Of a stretch of DNA of 64,000 nt, positions 50,760 through 63,568 are shown one piece after another (positions within the stretch are counted from its first letter, which is position 1; each line of letters opens with the position of its first letter). Both the position numbers and the translations under genes were made by a program. The notes under the pieces were generated by a model. It was not told where the DNA came from, made no database searches, and saw only the letters and a program-made list of their open reading frames with translations. Origin of the DNA: Leucoraja erinacea (taxonomy: Eukaryota); contig NC_073379.1 of assembly GCF_028641065.1 (NCBI RefSeq), positions 14,508,001-14,572,000 of the forward strand, written 5' to 3'.

Positions 50760-52237
50760 AAGAGTAGACTAGGCAACTGGATCTCCGAACACCTGCGTTC
50801 GGCCCGCCAAGGACTGCTGGATGTCCCGCTCGCTACTCATTTGCTCCTTGCGCAGATCAAGTCCTTGGCCTCACTACCAATATAGAGGCTGGCTTCCAAC
50901 GTGCCCTGAAAACTGGTGTTGCTCTCATTGATCTGTCATCAGTTTATGACACCTTGTGGAGACATGGTCTGTTGCTGAAAGCTTCCGAAATCTTGAAGTA
51001 CCAAACCACCATGTGTGCCCTCGCATCCATCCTCAGCAACCGTAGATTTAGTATCTCGCTTGGGAACCACACCAGCTCTGTCAGCACCTTGAATGATGGT
51101 CTCCCCCAGGGCTCTGTCCTAGCTCCCCTACTCTTCAACATCTATGTGAGTGACATGCCAACTACCTCGTCCAGGAAGTTTGCGTATGCAGATGACCTTG
51201 CCCTTGCCTACCAGGGAGCTGCCCTTGAGGATTACAGCAGAGTGCTCACCCAAGGGGATGGAGGAGTACTTCACCTTCTGGCGACTTCACCCCACCCCAA
51301 CACATCTAAGACAACTGTCACTGCCTTTCATCTCAGCAATCGGCTCGCCAATGCAAAGCACCGAGTATCCTTTTGTGTTAAACCGGTGAAGGATGAAGAA
51401 TTCCCCAAGTACCTCGGAGTCACCCTGGATCATACCCTCACCTATCGTGAACACCTGAAGAATGTGGCTAATAAACTGAAAGCCAGAGTCAACATCATCA
51501 GGAAACTTGCAGTCAACAGCTGGGGATCCAATGCACACATCCTCCGTACCGCAAGCTTAGCCCTAGTCTACTCAACAGCCGAGTTTTGCTGAACTACTTA
51601 GGCTAATAGCTGCCACACCAAACGAGTTGACACTGTTCTTAACTCTGCAATGCGGGTCATCACAGGAACGCTTAAGTCAACACCTTTGCAGTGGCTCCCA
51701 GTCCTCTCTCATATCGCTCCTCTCAGCATACGCAGAAGGGAGAGGATGTTGAAAGATTGGTGCCCCATTGAGGCTAACCCTGACCTTCCCATCCATCCTG
51801 ATTTGAACAATCTGCCCAACATTCGCCTGAAGTCTCGCAAACCCTTCTGGTCTTCAGTCAAATCCCTGGAAGACTTTGACTCTAAGACCAAGTGGCGCAG
51901 AGCCTGGAAAGATGCCAACACCAACAACGGAAAGGCCATCACAGACCCCACAGTGAAACCACCAGGATTTGACCTCCATCACAAGCAATGGCTAACCCTG
52001 AACAGAATCCGCACCCTCCATGCAAGAACAGCCCATCACCTGCATGTGGGGGATGACAGACAGCCCTGCTTGCGACTGCGAACATCCAGACCAGACCGCC
52101 CCACACAGCGTGAATGACTGCTCACTGAGGCTTTTCCCCTGGAGGCATCAAAGCCATCCACCCAGTAACTGATGCTGTCCTGACCTGGATGTCTACTCTT
52201 GACCTACAACTTAAGGCTATGCACGCCATACACAAGA
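50760..52237 (+). mobile_element. Vingi/Ingi-like (I group) non-LTR retrotransposon, 5'-truncated and disrupted
   Basis: GLPQGSVLAPLLFNIY, FAYADDLAL, PKYLGVTLD, SWGSNAHILRTASLALVYSTAEFC, MRVITGTLKSTPLQWLPVLSHIAP. Confidence 0.75.
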
Positions 52238-52239
52238 AG

Positions 52240-52810
52240 TCCCTTTCTCATTCCCATACTGTCCTTTCTATTCTGGGCTGCCGCTGCCAGAGTTAGGCCA
52301 CACATAAACTGGAGGAACACCAGCTCATATTCCATTTAGGTAGCTCACAACCCAACAGTTTGAACACTGAATTCTCTAATTTTAAGTAATACCTCCTCAC
52401 TCTCTGTCTTTCCTACGCCTCTCCCCCTGCTGTGCACCCACTTCTCTCACTATCTTGCCCCTCTTTACCCCCCCCCCCCCCCCCACCCATATCCCCTTCC
52501 AACTATATTTCTCCCTCTGGCTTCACATCTAACTCGTTTTCTTTCCTTATCTGACATCTTTTTCTCTCTTTCATCTCTCGCCTGTCATTCACTCCATCCA
52601 TCTGCCAAACACCCCTCCCCTTCATCAATTGCCAGGATTTGACCCACCCACACCTTTCTTATAGATTTCACCCTCCTCCTACAATCAATCTGAAGAAGTT
52701 GTCCCGACCCCGAAACATCACCTATTCATCCCCTCCACAGATACTTCCTAACTGAGTTCCTCCAGCACCTTGTGTTTTGTTACAGCATCTGTAGATCCTT
52801 GTATCTCTTT
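52240..52810 (+). mobile_element. Penelope-like 3' end plus degenerate hammerhead repeat
   Basis: KLEEHQLIFHLGSSQPNSLN remnant, pyrimidine tract, then CTGAAGAAG...CGACCCCGAAAC at 52690. Confidence 0.75.
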
Positions 52811-53468
52811 TGACAATGCTGACTTCAGCTGCCTATGATTCTCAAACTCAATTTGTATAGGTGTACTTCACATATTGGTAAGGATTATAGTAGTCCAATT
52901 GTGACCTTACAATGTACTAATTTGCCTGCTCCAGCAGGAACCAGCTGACAGAAATAAGCTGTAAAGAACTTTGTTTATCTTCTTCCTTCCTGGTTTAAAA
53001 CATCAAAACAGACCGTATTGCCTAATTCTGCCCGAACAAAGCCAGGCAACTCAACAGCAAGAGATGAATCATTGACCTTGCTCACATGCACTCTGAAACG
53101 TTTCTTTACTTATTGGTGACGGGGGAGTAAATATTTAACAGTGTACTAATTTCATCAATTACAAGTCTGAAAGATTCTTTAACAAAAAAAGTTATCATTT
53201 GTATTTCAATATACAATATGTGGTAAACAAGAGACTAAATTGCATAAACATTAACACTTCAATTTAATTATAATTGCACCATTTTAAAAAAATCATACTC
53301 AATCCAATATTTTAAATTTTACAATATCCAATTCTTATTGGCCTAAGCTTGTTTTCAAGATACATTTGCACTTTTAACAGAAATACAATCATTTTTATTT
53401 AAATAATCAATTTTCGAGAGATATATGACTAAATAAATGAGTTTAGGTACAGCAGATGTTCCACATAC

Positions 53469-53580
53469 TTTGATGGGTCTGCTCCCTTGAAGTAAGCATT
53501 AACTGATTCAGTAAACGCAGTTGCAACTGGTAAGGAATCTTGTGACCCAAGAGTTATAGGACTGGGTCCACGAGAAGTAC
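53469..53580 (-). CDS. FCHO2: FCHO2 exon (112 nt), start of mu-homology domain
   Basis: [38 protein letters not shown]; actag|GT...AA|gtatgt, phase 1-2. Confidence 0.96.
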
Positions 53581-54284
53581 CTAGTAGATTAAAAAAAGGA
53601 AAATAAGTAAGAACTACATATCCATTTAATGTAATTATCATTGTGTTTTAAGCTGTTTCCTTATTTAAATCCGTGAAAATCTTAGCAATATTTTTAAAAA
53701 GATCAAAAATTTTATTTTAAAATTATCACTAGAAGGCAGAAAGTATCTGCAAAGTGGAATGCAACAGATTTTTTTTTAACCAGTAATGCACACATTTAAG
53801 ATGCATATTGCAACTAGTTTCCAGCATTTTAATAACGCAACCCATCAATCCTTAAGACTTGTCCTATAAACAATCCCCTGTAATTTGCTACTGATTAAAT
53901 GATTCCGAGTCAGATCTATGAATGTAATTTGATACATACTGATTTATTCATTTAATACTTAAAAAATAGAATAAAATTTTAAAATCTGCATATTTTGAAT
54001 GCACATTCATTTCTCTGTGTACAATATCTTGATAGGACATAAAAGTTGATGTATTTACACCCTGCAAGAATATTGTTGAATACTCAATGTCTAAATATAC
54101 TTGGTACAAACTGTTTAAAGTTATTCCTCTGATATCTGGAATACAAACTTGTTAAAAGAAATCATAAACAATCCAAAAAAATAAAATGCTGCAGGTACTG
54201 CGAAGATTAAATAAAAATGTCAGAATTACTTTATCAAAAATGTTTAATAAAAAAAAATGTATGTTTTTCAAAAAACAATCTCAT

Positions 54285-54562
54285 TAGACTTTAGAGATAC
54301 AGTGTGGAAACAGGCCCTTCGACCCACCAAGTACGTGCCAACCAGCGACCATCCCGTATACTCGCATCATCCTACACGCTCTGGTCAATTAACTTACAAA
54401 CCTGTACGTCTCCGGAATGTGGGAAGAAACTGGAACACCCGGAGAAAACGCACACGGTCACAGGGAGAATGTAGAAACTCCGTACAGACAGCACCCGTAG
54501 ACAAGATCAAATCCGTGTTTCTGGCATTGTAAGGTGGCAACTCTACCGCTGTGCCACTGTGC
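54285..54562 (-). mobile_element. tRNA-derived SINE
   Basis: Same family as 24488. Confidence 0.8.
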
Positions 54563-55102
54563 CGTCCAATCATTGTTTCTCTCTCCACAGATGCTGCCGA
54601 ACGTAAGATGTCCAGCATTTTCTGCTTTGTTTTAATTAAAAGGCAAATGAGGCTAATTATCTTCCTGGCTAACACTTTATGGTAGGATTTTAAAAAACTT
54701 TTTAAAAACTGCATAGTAATTCATTTTAATTTAATACTCACAACACAGAAATGTTCAAAATCATGAGAGGAATAGATGGGGTAGATGCACAGAGTCTCTT
54801 GCCCAGAGTAGGGGAATCGAGGACCAGAGGACATAGGTTCAAGGTGACGGGGAAAAGATTTAATAATAATCTGAGGGGTAACTTTTTCATACAAATGGTG
54901 ATAGTCCACCAGGGGCGCTGCATGATTGGCAGCCCCGTCTTTTCACCTTTTTTTGTTATTTTTAATGTGTTTTAAAAGTTTGTGTAAATGTTCCCTGGTT
55001 TGTTTTACGTGGGGGGAGGGGGATTTTTTTTCCAATCTCTTACCCTGCCGGATATGCGATTGTTTTCTGGGCCGTATCTCCGGTCGCTCTGTGGCCTAAC
55101 AT

Positions 55103-57604
55103 CATAGAAACATAAAAAATAGGTGCAGGAGGAGGCCATTCGGCCTTCGAGCCAGCACCACCATTCATTGTGATCATGGCTGATCGTCCCCTATCAATAA
55201 GCTTTCTCCCCATATCCCTTGACTCCACTAGCCCCTAGAGCTCTAACTAACTCTCTCTTAAATCCATCCAGTGATTTGGCCTCCACTGCCCTCTGTGGCA
55301 GGGAATTCCATAAATTCACAACTCTCTGGGTGAAAAAGTTTTTTCTCACCTCAGTCTTAAATGACCTCCCCTTTATTCTAAGACTGTGGCCCCTGGTTCT
55401 GGACTCGCCCAACATTGAAAATATTTTCATGCATCTAGCTTGACCAGTCCTTTTATAATTTTATATGTTTCTATACTTCTAAACCTTTTAAACATGTCTT
55501 TTCAATCTTTCCTCATATGACAGTGCCACCATCCCAGGGATCAATCTCGTGAACCTACGCTGCACTGCCTCAATCACAAGGATGTCCTTACTCAAATTAG
55601 GAGACCAAAACTGTACTCAATACTCCAGATGTGATTTCACCAGAGCCCTATACAACTGCAGAAGAACCTCTTTACTCCTCTACTGAAATCCTCTTGTTAT
55701 GAAGGCCAACATTCCATTAGCTTTCTTCACTGCCTGCTGTACCTGCACCCCAACTTTCAGTGACCGGTGTACAAGGACACCCAGGTCTCGCTGTACCTCC
55801 CCCTTACCTAACCTAACCCCATTGAGATAATAATCTGCCCCCTTGTTTTTGCCGCCAAAGTGGATTACCTCACATTTATCTATATTATACTGCATCTGCC
55901 ACGCATCTGCCCACTCACTCAACCTGTCCAGGTCATACTGCAACCTCCTAACATCCTCTTCACAGTTCACACTATCACCCAGCTTTGTATCATCCGCAAA
56001 CTTGCTAGTGTTGCTCCTAATTCCCTCCTCCAAATCTTTAATATATATGGTAAACAGTTGCGGCCCCAAAACCGAGCCTTGAAGCACTCAACTCGCCACT
56101 GCCTGCCATTCTGAAAAGGACCCGTTCACTCCTACTCTTTGCTTCCGGTCTGCCAACCAATTTTCTATCCATGTCAACACCCTATCCCCAATACCATGTG
56201 CTCTAATTTTAATCACCAATCTCCCGTGAGGGACCTTATCAGCTTTCTGAAAGTCTAGATACACTACATCCACTGGCTCCCCTTCATCCATTTTACTTGT
56301 CACATCCTCAAAAAATTCCAGAAGATTAGCCAAGCATGATTTCCCTTTCATATATCCATGTTGACTTGGACTAATCCTTTTACTGCTATCCAAATGCCCC
56401 ATTATTACCTCTTTAATAATTGACTCCAGGATCTTTCCCACCACCGAAGTCAGGCTATCTGGTCTGTAATTCCTCATTTTTTCTCGCTCCTTTCTTGAAA
56501 AGTGGGATTACATTAGCTATCCTCCAATCCACAGGAACTGATCCTGAATCTATAGAACATTAGAAAATGATCACCAATGCGTCCACTATTTCTAGAGCCA
56601 CTTCCCTGAGGAACCTGGGATACAGACCATCAGGCCCAGGGGATTTATCATCCTTCAGTCCCATTAGCCTACCCAATACTATTTCTCGCCTAATGAACAT
56701 TTCTTTCAGTTCCTCTACCCCCTTAGATCCTCTGTCCTCCAGTACATCTGGGAGATTGTTTGCGTCTTCCTTTGTGAAGACAGATCCGAAGTACCTATTC
56801 AACTCTTCTGCCATTTCCTTGTTGGCTATAATAATTTCACCTGCCTGCAAGGGACCCACATTTCACTTTGCTACTCTTTTTCCCTTAACATATCGAAACA
56901 AGCTTTTACTGTCCTTCTTTATATTCCTGGCCAGCTTCCCTTCATACTTCATCTTTTCAGCCCGTATTGCCTGTTTTGTTTCCTTCTGTTGTCCTATGAA
57001 AGTTTCCCAATCCTCTGGCTTCCGGCTGCTCTTTGCTGTGTTGTACATCTTTTCTTTTAGTTTTATTCTATCCTACTCCCCTTAGAATTTTTCTTCCTTA
57101 TTGGAATGAAATGATCCTGCGTCTTCCGGATTGAGCCCAGAAATTCCTGCCATTGCTGTTCCACTGTCATTCCTGCTAGTATCCCTTTCCAATCTACCTT
57201 GGCCAGCTCCCCTCTCATGCCTTCATAGTCCACTTTGTTCAACTGCATCACTACCACTTCCGATTTAACGTTCTCCTTCTCAAATTGCAGATTAAAACTA
57301 ATCATATTATGATCACTACCTCCAAGTGGTTCCTTTACCTCGAGTTCTCTTATCATATCTGGTTCATTGGACAACACTAAATCCAGAATTGCCTTTTCTC
57401 TGGTTGGCTCTATTACAAGCTGCTCTAAGAATCCATTTCGGAGGATTTCTACAAACTCTCATTCTTGGGATCCTGAACCAACCTGATTTTCCCAGTCTGC
57501 CTGCATATTGAAATCCCCCATCACCACAGTGGCATTACCTTTGTTACATACCAGTTTTAACTCCTGCTGCAACATACACCCTACATCTAGGCTACTATTT
57601 GGGG
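55103..57604 (-). mobile_element. CR1-type LINE, 2.5 kb (endonuclease C-terminus, RT, 3' tail), frameshifted
   Basis: LGGSDHNMISF, KSPGPDGLYPR, NYRP.SLTSVVGKILE, QGSVLGPQLFTIYI, SKFADDTKL. Confidence 0.93.
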
Positions 57605-57629
57605 TAGTAACCTATACTATCTACGTTAC

Positions 57630-58570
57630 CACCTATATCAAACCATCTGCAAATTTAGTACCCATGTCATGTATATTCTCATCCAATTGCAGATACAGAT
57701 GACAAACAACAATGGGGCCAGTACCAACCCCAAAGGCACACCAATAGTTTAGATTTATTATTGCCACGTGTATCGAGGTACAATGAAAGCTTTGTTTTGC
57801 ATGCTATCCAATCAAATCAGAAAATACTGCACATGAATACAATCAAATCAAACTCAAGTACAATAGATAGAACAAAGTGCAAGATACAGAGGGAAGAATA
57901 TAGTTCTCAGCATCAGTTCCATAGTCATGCGCCTTCAATCGGAAAAACAACCTTCCACCATCGCCTTCTGCTTCCTCCCACGCTGCCAATTATGTATCTA
58001 ATTAGCCAGCTCTCCCTGTGATTTAATGTGATTTAACCTTTCAGAACTAACCTACCGTGTAGAACCTGATCAAAGGCCTTGCTGAAGTCCATATAGACTA
58101 GATTTTCTACCTTGCCCTCATTGACCTCCTTCAAAGAACTCATGAGACATGCACAAAGCACAAAATCACGCTGTACCCCCTTCTTTCCAATGTATGTATA
58201 TCTTATTCCTAAGAATCCCCTCCAGTAACTTACCTACCAGATTGGTCTATAGTTCCACGGTTTGTCTTTACAGCCCTTGTTCTATAAAGACATAACATTA
58301 GGCACCCTAGCCTATCCGTAGTTAATGATAATTTGTATATCTCAGTCAGGACGCCCACATTTTATTCTATAGTTTCTCACAGTGTTATTGGATATGTCTG
58401 ATCAGGCCCTGAAGATTTAGCTACTTCATACATTTTAAAACGTCCAGCATCTCGTCCACTGAAATGCAAACTATCCCCAAGACATGCCCATTAAGTTTCC
58501 CTAGTCTTCATGTCTTTCTCCATGGTAAAAACAGAGAAAAAATATTTATTGAGGATTTCACCCATCCAAT
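57630..58570 (-). mobile_element. Old CR1-type LINE remnant with an L2-like tail insertion
   Basis: Degenerate RT-region sequence. Confidence 0.6.
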
Positions 58571-58974
58571 CAGTTCAGAAAATACTATACATGAATACAC
58601 AGCTCCACACTCTTTGATTTTTTTAATAACATACACTAAAATTATAACCTATTGATATGGAGAAGATTTCAGAAACAAGCAAAGATGAGAAGGATCTGGT
58701 TTGACATTAATTAAAACTTTATGAACCTATGTTCTAAAAGAAATTGTAGGATTTACATGAACTTTTCATGAGAGAATTTTTAAAAACCTAACCAGTATAA
58801 TAAAGCAAGAATATTTCAACATATGCATCAGTATGTACAAAGCAAATAGTTGAGTGTAAAAACAATGTATTCATTATGTTTCACCTATGTTGTTGCTGGA
58901 AAGACTAAAGGACCACTCATAAAACATTTAAAAAATCCAAAAAACTGGTTCATGACCACCGTCAAGTACTATAC

Positions 58975-59034
58975 CTGCAGGCGTCTCACTGCGTTTCTCA
59001 AATGAAGGAAGCTTCCCAGTGAACACATCACCAT
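58975..59034 (-). CDS. FCHO2: FCHO2 60-nt symmetric exon (probably alternative)
   Basis: attag|AT GGT GAT...GCA G|gtatag encodes DGDVFTGKLPSFEKRSETPA, phase 1-1, in frame with the next exon. Resembles a remembered FCHO2/SGIP1-family linker insert. Confidence 0.8.
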
Positions 59035-60554
59035 CTAATATGATAAACACACAAAGATATAGACAAAGACCATGAGGCAATGAGCAGATATTAAAGCAAA
59101 GGTCCCGTGCAGCAAAATGCTAAAGCCGTTTAATTTTAATTGTGCAAAATTCAAATGTTGTTTTAAGAATAACAAATCCAAATAACCTTATCTTCTTAAT
59201 GCTATGTGCACTTATAACTCATTTGTACCAGGATTTTCACCCTTGTATTCAGCTTGTGTCTATTTTGTTTTGCAGATTGAAAATGCTACTGATCTCCAGC
59301 CACTGTATTTAACAGTGCTATAATCTGTAGGTTTAAACAATGCAATATATGAAGTTCATGTCTTTTATATTCAAATTAATACCAATTATGCCAAATTCAG
59401 TCCCTAATGCCAAATGAATGGTGTACTTATGTTAGTTTCATGACTGATAGTTTCATGACATAAATTATTCCAATCAAACGTTATCGAAATAAGAATCATT
59501 GTAATTTTGCACAATTAACCTATTTCATATAGGAAAGAAGACACAGCAGAGAAAGCTTGTAGTAAATTACAAAGGCACCACAATTAAAATGCTGTAGTTA
59601 CAGTCTACAACATTTCTAAAGCATCAGTCTTGTCACAAGGATTTGCTTATATTATAAAAGTCAGTTTAAAAACCAAATCATAATACAAGGCAGCATCAAG
59701 GTCAAAAGGGAAGGCAAATGCATGAATTAAACTAAAGCTATCATAAGCTAAAACAAAAAAATCCATTAATAATAAATATTTGTAATGCATATAAAATCTA
59801 AATTAGGCAAGTACATATATTAAAAAGCAAACTAGGAATTAAGGGATTGCAGTAAAATGTGCGATTATACTGACAGTTAAAAAAAATTTCAGATGCACAA
59901 TAAAGGGCTAGGCTCAAAAATAATTTCAAAGCCCATCAGAACAACATTAAAATAATGATCTTACAAAACCAGAATGTGTATTAATAATGCCCATCACTAA
60001 CACCATGGAAAAAAACAATGTGAAGCAAATCAAACAATTCCTAGCAGTTGGCAGAATAGAGCACTACAAAACAATTTGAGTCATGGTCTGAAGATGACAA
60101 AAGCTGGTAAATATATATTTTTTCATTTTATAAAAAAATGGGAATCTCCTTCACTAATTATAATTACATAAACAACACTAGCAGCCAAAAACCAAGAGGG
60201 TGTGATATGGTAACTAAACCTATTACAGTCATTTGAAACAATAAAAGCTCCAATTTGCACAAAATTCACTTTGAAATAATTCCTTTCCTATGGGATAAGA
60301 TTGAATTGTAATCCTGTGTTTTCTCACCTAGATGTAAAGGACACTTACAAAAAAAAACAAGATCTCTACAACAACAATGAATTAGACACAAAGTGTTGGA
60401 GTAACTCAGCTGCTATGGCAAGCATATTTGGAGAACATGGATAAGTGACACTTTGAGTCGGGGTCTTCTTCAGAATACAGTTCCTTGTTTCTTCAACAAT
60501 GAAATAGAGTAAGTCCTGTCCCTCCCTTAGTCGGGCTGATGAGGGCAGAATCAT

Positions 60555-62605
60555 AGGCGTGGGCTAGATGGATTTCAGCAAATCCCGTGATAAGATTCCA
60601 CAGGGTGGGCTGCCCTGATAGGTTATATCACATGGGATTCAATGAGAACTAGCTAATTAGACACATGACTGGTTTCATAGTAGGAAGCAGAGTGTGGTGA
60701 AGGAGGTTGGGTTTTTTTTGGTCTTGAGGTCTGTGATGAGTGATGTACCTCAGAAATCGGCGCTGGTCCATTGCTATTTGTCTTCTATTTCAGCAATTTG
60801 GATAAGAATGTACAATGCATGAACATAATTTTGTAGATGACACTAAAAGAAGTATCGTAGACAATGCTGTTGATTATATAAATTTACAACAGGATTTTGA
60901 TCAACTGGCCAAGTGGACAGAGAAATGGCTAATGCAGTTGAATTTAGATAAGTGTGTGCTATTGCATTTGGGAAGTCAAACTGGGGCAGGAACTTCACAG
61001 TGAATGGAAAGCCCTGGGTGGTTTTGTAGAACAGAAGGATCTAGGAGTACAGTTACATAATGCCCTGAAGGTGGCATCACAGACAGGTTGGGTAGTGAGG
61101 AAGGCTTTTGGAATGCTGCCCCCCCATCAAATCAGGATTTATTTTTCTATATGTTACCGTTGTACATGATGTTAATGAAATAGTACTTGGAGTATTGTGT
61201 TCAGTTTTGGCTGCCTGCTACATGGGCACATGGAACCAATGCAGATGGGGCATCTGGCATTGGTATGCATAAGTTGGGCAAAAGGGCCTGTTTCCATGCT
61301 GTATGACCATATGAAAAATGTCATTAAGTTTACGTGGATATCCCTAGGACTTGAGGTCCTGAGGGAAAAGTTGGGCAGAATAGGACTTTATTCCTTGGCG
61401 CACAAGAGGCTGAGGGTGATCTTATTGAGTTGTTTAAAATCATGAGGGGAATAGACTTTGTTGAGTTTTTAAGAGGGAATTGCAGATGCTGGAGAATCGA
61501 AGGTTACACAGAAAAGCTGGAGAAACTCAGCAGGTGCAGCAGCATCTATGGAGCGAAGGAAATAGGCAACGTTTCGGGCCGAAACCCTTCTTCAGACTGA
61601 TCGGGGGTGGGGGTAGGTGGGGACAATAATAACAACTTTGTTGAGTGTTGTGGGCAGCTCAACACCGACAACACTAAGGAATTAGTAGTGGACTTTAGAA
61701 GGAGAGGAACACCCCTATGCCATCTCCATCAAGGGTGTGGATGTGCAGTGTACCAAATAGTAGAAGTACCTTGGAGTTTACCTGGACAGTAAATTGGACT
61801 GGTCCAGCTGAGGCTCTGTACAAGAAGGGACAGAGCCGGCTGTACTTTTTGAGAAGGCTCCAATCCTTCAATGTCTGCAGTAATTCTACCAATCAGTGGT
61901 GGCCAGTGTCACCTTCTTCACTGTCATGTGCTGGGGCAGCAGGACGAAGGCCGCAGACGTCAACAGATTAACAAGCTCATCAGGAAGGCTGGCTCCATGT
62001 TGGAGGCGGAGTTGGATCATGGGAGGTGGACGGTGAGGAGCATCTTGGACAATGCTGCTCACCCCCTCCATGACACACTGGTCAACCTAAGGAATACCTT
62101 CAGCAACAGACTGATTCCACCAAGATGCAGTATAGAAAACCACAGGAGATCCTTTCCCCCCTCTGGCTATCAAACTACAACTCCTCTTCCTCCTTCCCTT
62201 TCTACAATCCTTTCCACTCATCACTTTAATGTCATGTTTCTTGTATCTGGTTGTATTTTATGATTATTGGCAGACCAATTTCCCTCCTGGGATAAAGATT
62301 TATCGTATCGTAACCAGGTGAATGCCCCAGGGTAGGGGTATCAAAAATTATAGGGTATCGTTTTAAGATGAGAGGGAAAAGATTAAGTAGGAAACTGAGG
62401 GGCAACATTTTGGAATGAGCTGCCCAAGGAAGTAGTTGAGGTAGATAGAATAACAATGTTTGAAAGACATTTGGATAGATACATAGGTAGGATAGCTTAA
62501 GAGAGAGATGGGCCACATTCAGGCAAATGGGATACCTTGGATGGGGCATCTTGGTGGCATGGAAGGTGAGACAAAAGGCCTGTTTCTGTTCTGTAAAACT
62601 CTATG
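60555..62605 (+). mobile_element. Old CR1 LINE interrupted by a hammerhead repeat and a Rex/L2-like fragment (61630-62310)
   Basis: FVDDTK...LQQDFDQLAKWTEKWLMQLNLDKC; LNTDNTKELVVDFRR; YKKGQSRLYFLRRL. Confidence 0.7.
61568..61595 (-). ncRNA. Minimal hammerhead ribozyme motif
   Basis: Minus strand CTGAAGAAGGGTTTCGGCCCGAAACGTT, identical to 3317-3344. Confidence 0.7.
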
Positions 62606-63107
62606 ACAATGTGGCCATTGATCTTCTTATAGTGACAACATAATTATGCATTGGAGCTACTCCAATTCAAAAGGACTTCATGAATAAAGAACAACTTTGG
62701 AGCCTTCTAAATGCATGATTGGTGCAATATAAATTTAAGGCATAAATAGCATTAAAATAATAACAGATATCGGGGAAGTGGTTTAAGGTTAATGTGTTAA
62801 TATGTTAAAGCTGCTTCAAATGGACGCTTAATATTTCATGAGATCATATAAATAGAACTATCAACTATTAATCTTTCATAATAATACCAATAGAGAATGA
62901 GTTATTTGTAAATATGTATTAAAAACATGAGTTTATATTTGCAACTGTTTTGCATGCAGGAAAAACAAAGTACATTTTTCTGTCATGGAATTATAGCAAT
63001 GCTGCAAAATAATTTGCAAATATCATTCTGTTGTGTCATAAATGATGCAAAGGCATACAGCAAAATTAAATAAGCATAACAATCAGTGCATGTATAAAAA
63101 AAATTAC

Positions 63108-63125
63108 CAGACACGTGACCTCCAA
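63108..63125 (-). CDS. FCHO2: Candidate FCHO2 18-nt microexon
   Basis: ttttgcag|TTGGAGGTCACGTGTCTG|gtaatt; phase 1-1, open frame xGGHVS; pyrimidine-rich upstream; flanks free of recognisable repeats. Confidence 0.45.
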
Positions 63126-63568
63126 CTGCAAAATTCATACGTAAAAGCTCTGAGACTGAGGAAAGATAAAGGAAAGCAACTGTAGAGAAGGAACTTGAAG
63201 AAGCAATTTCTGGAAATGTTTTCAAGTGTCCAATGGGTTGTCACTGCTGGAGTCAATTGTAATTGTTATTAACATAACTAAATCCTTTCAGATATTGTAA
63301 TTGCAGCCCTCAAACATGCAATAAATATTGCAAAAATGCCAGTAATTTTCATGACATTCATTTATTTTCTCATTACATGGATTAAAATAAACTATCAAAC
63401 AATCAAAATTGATATGCAGAGTCTTCATTTTAAAAAGCATAACAACATCAAAAACCTGTTTGCTAAATGTGAAATAAAAGTTCAAACTAAGAATACAAAT
63501 ATACCAACTGAACTGAAGGCAAAAGTATTTTGTGACATCTAGGTCCTACACATTAGTCGTGTCTTGTA

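Noticed and set aside
58884-58896. Possible 11-nt microexon CAG|CAACAACATAG|GTGAA
   Set aside because: Not frame-preserving and has no other support.
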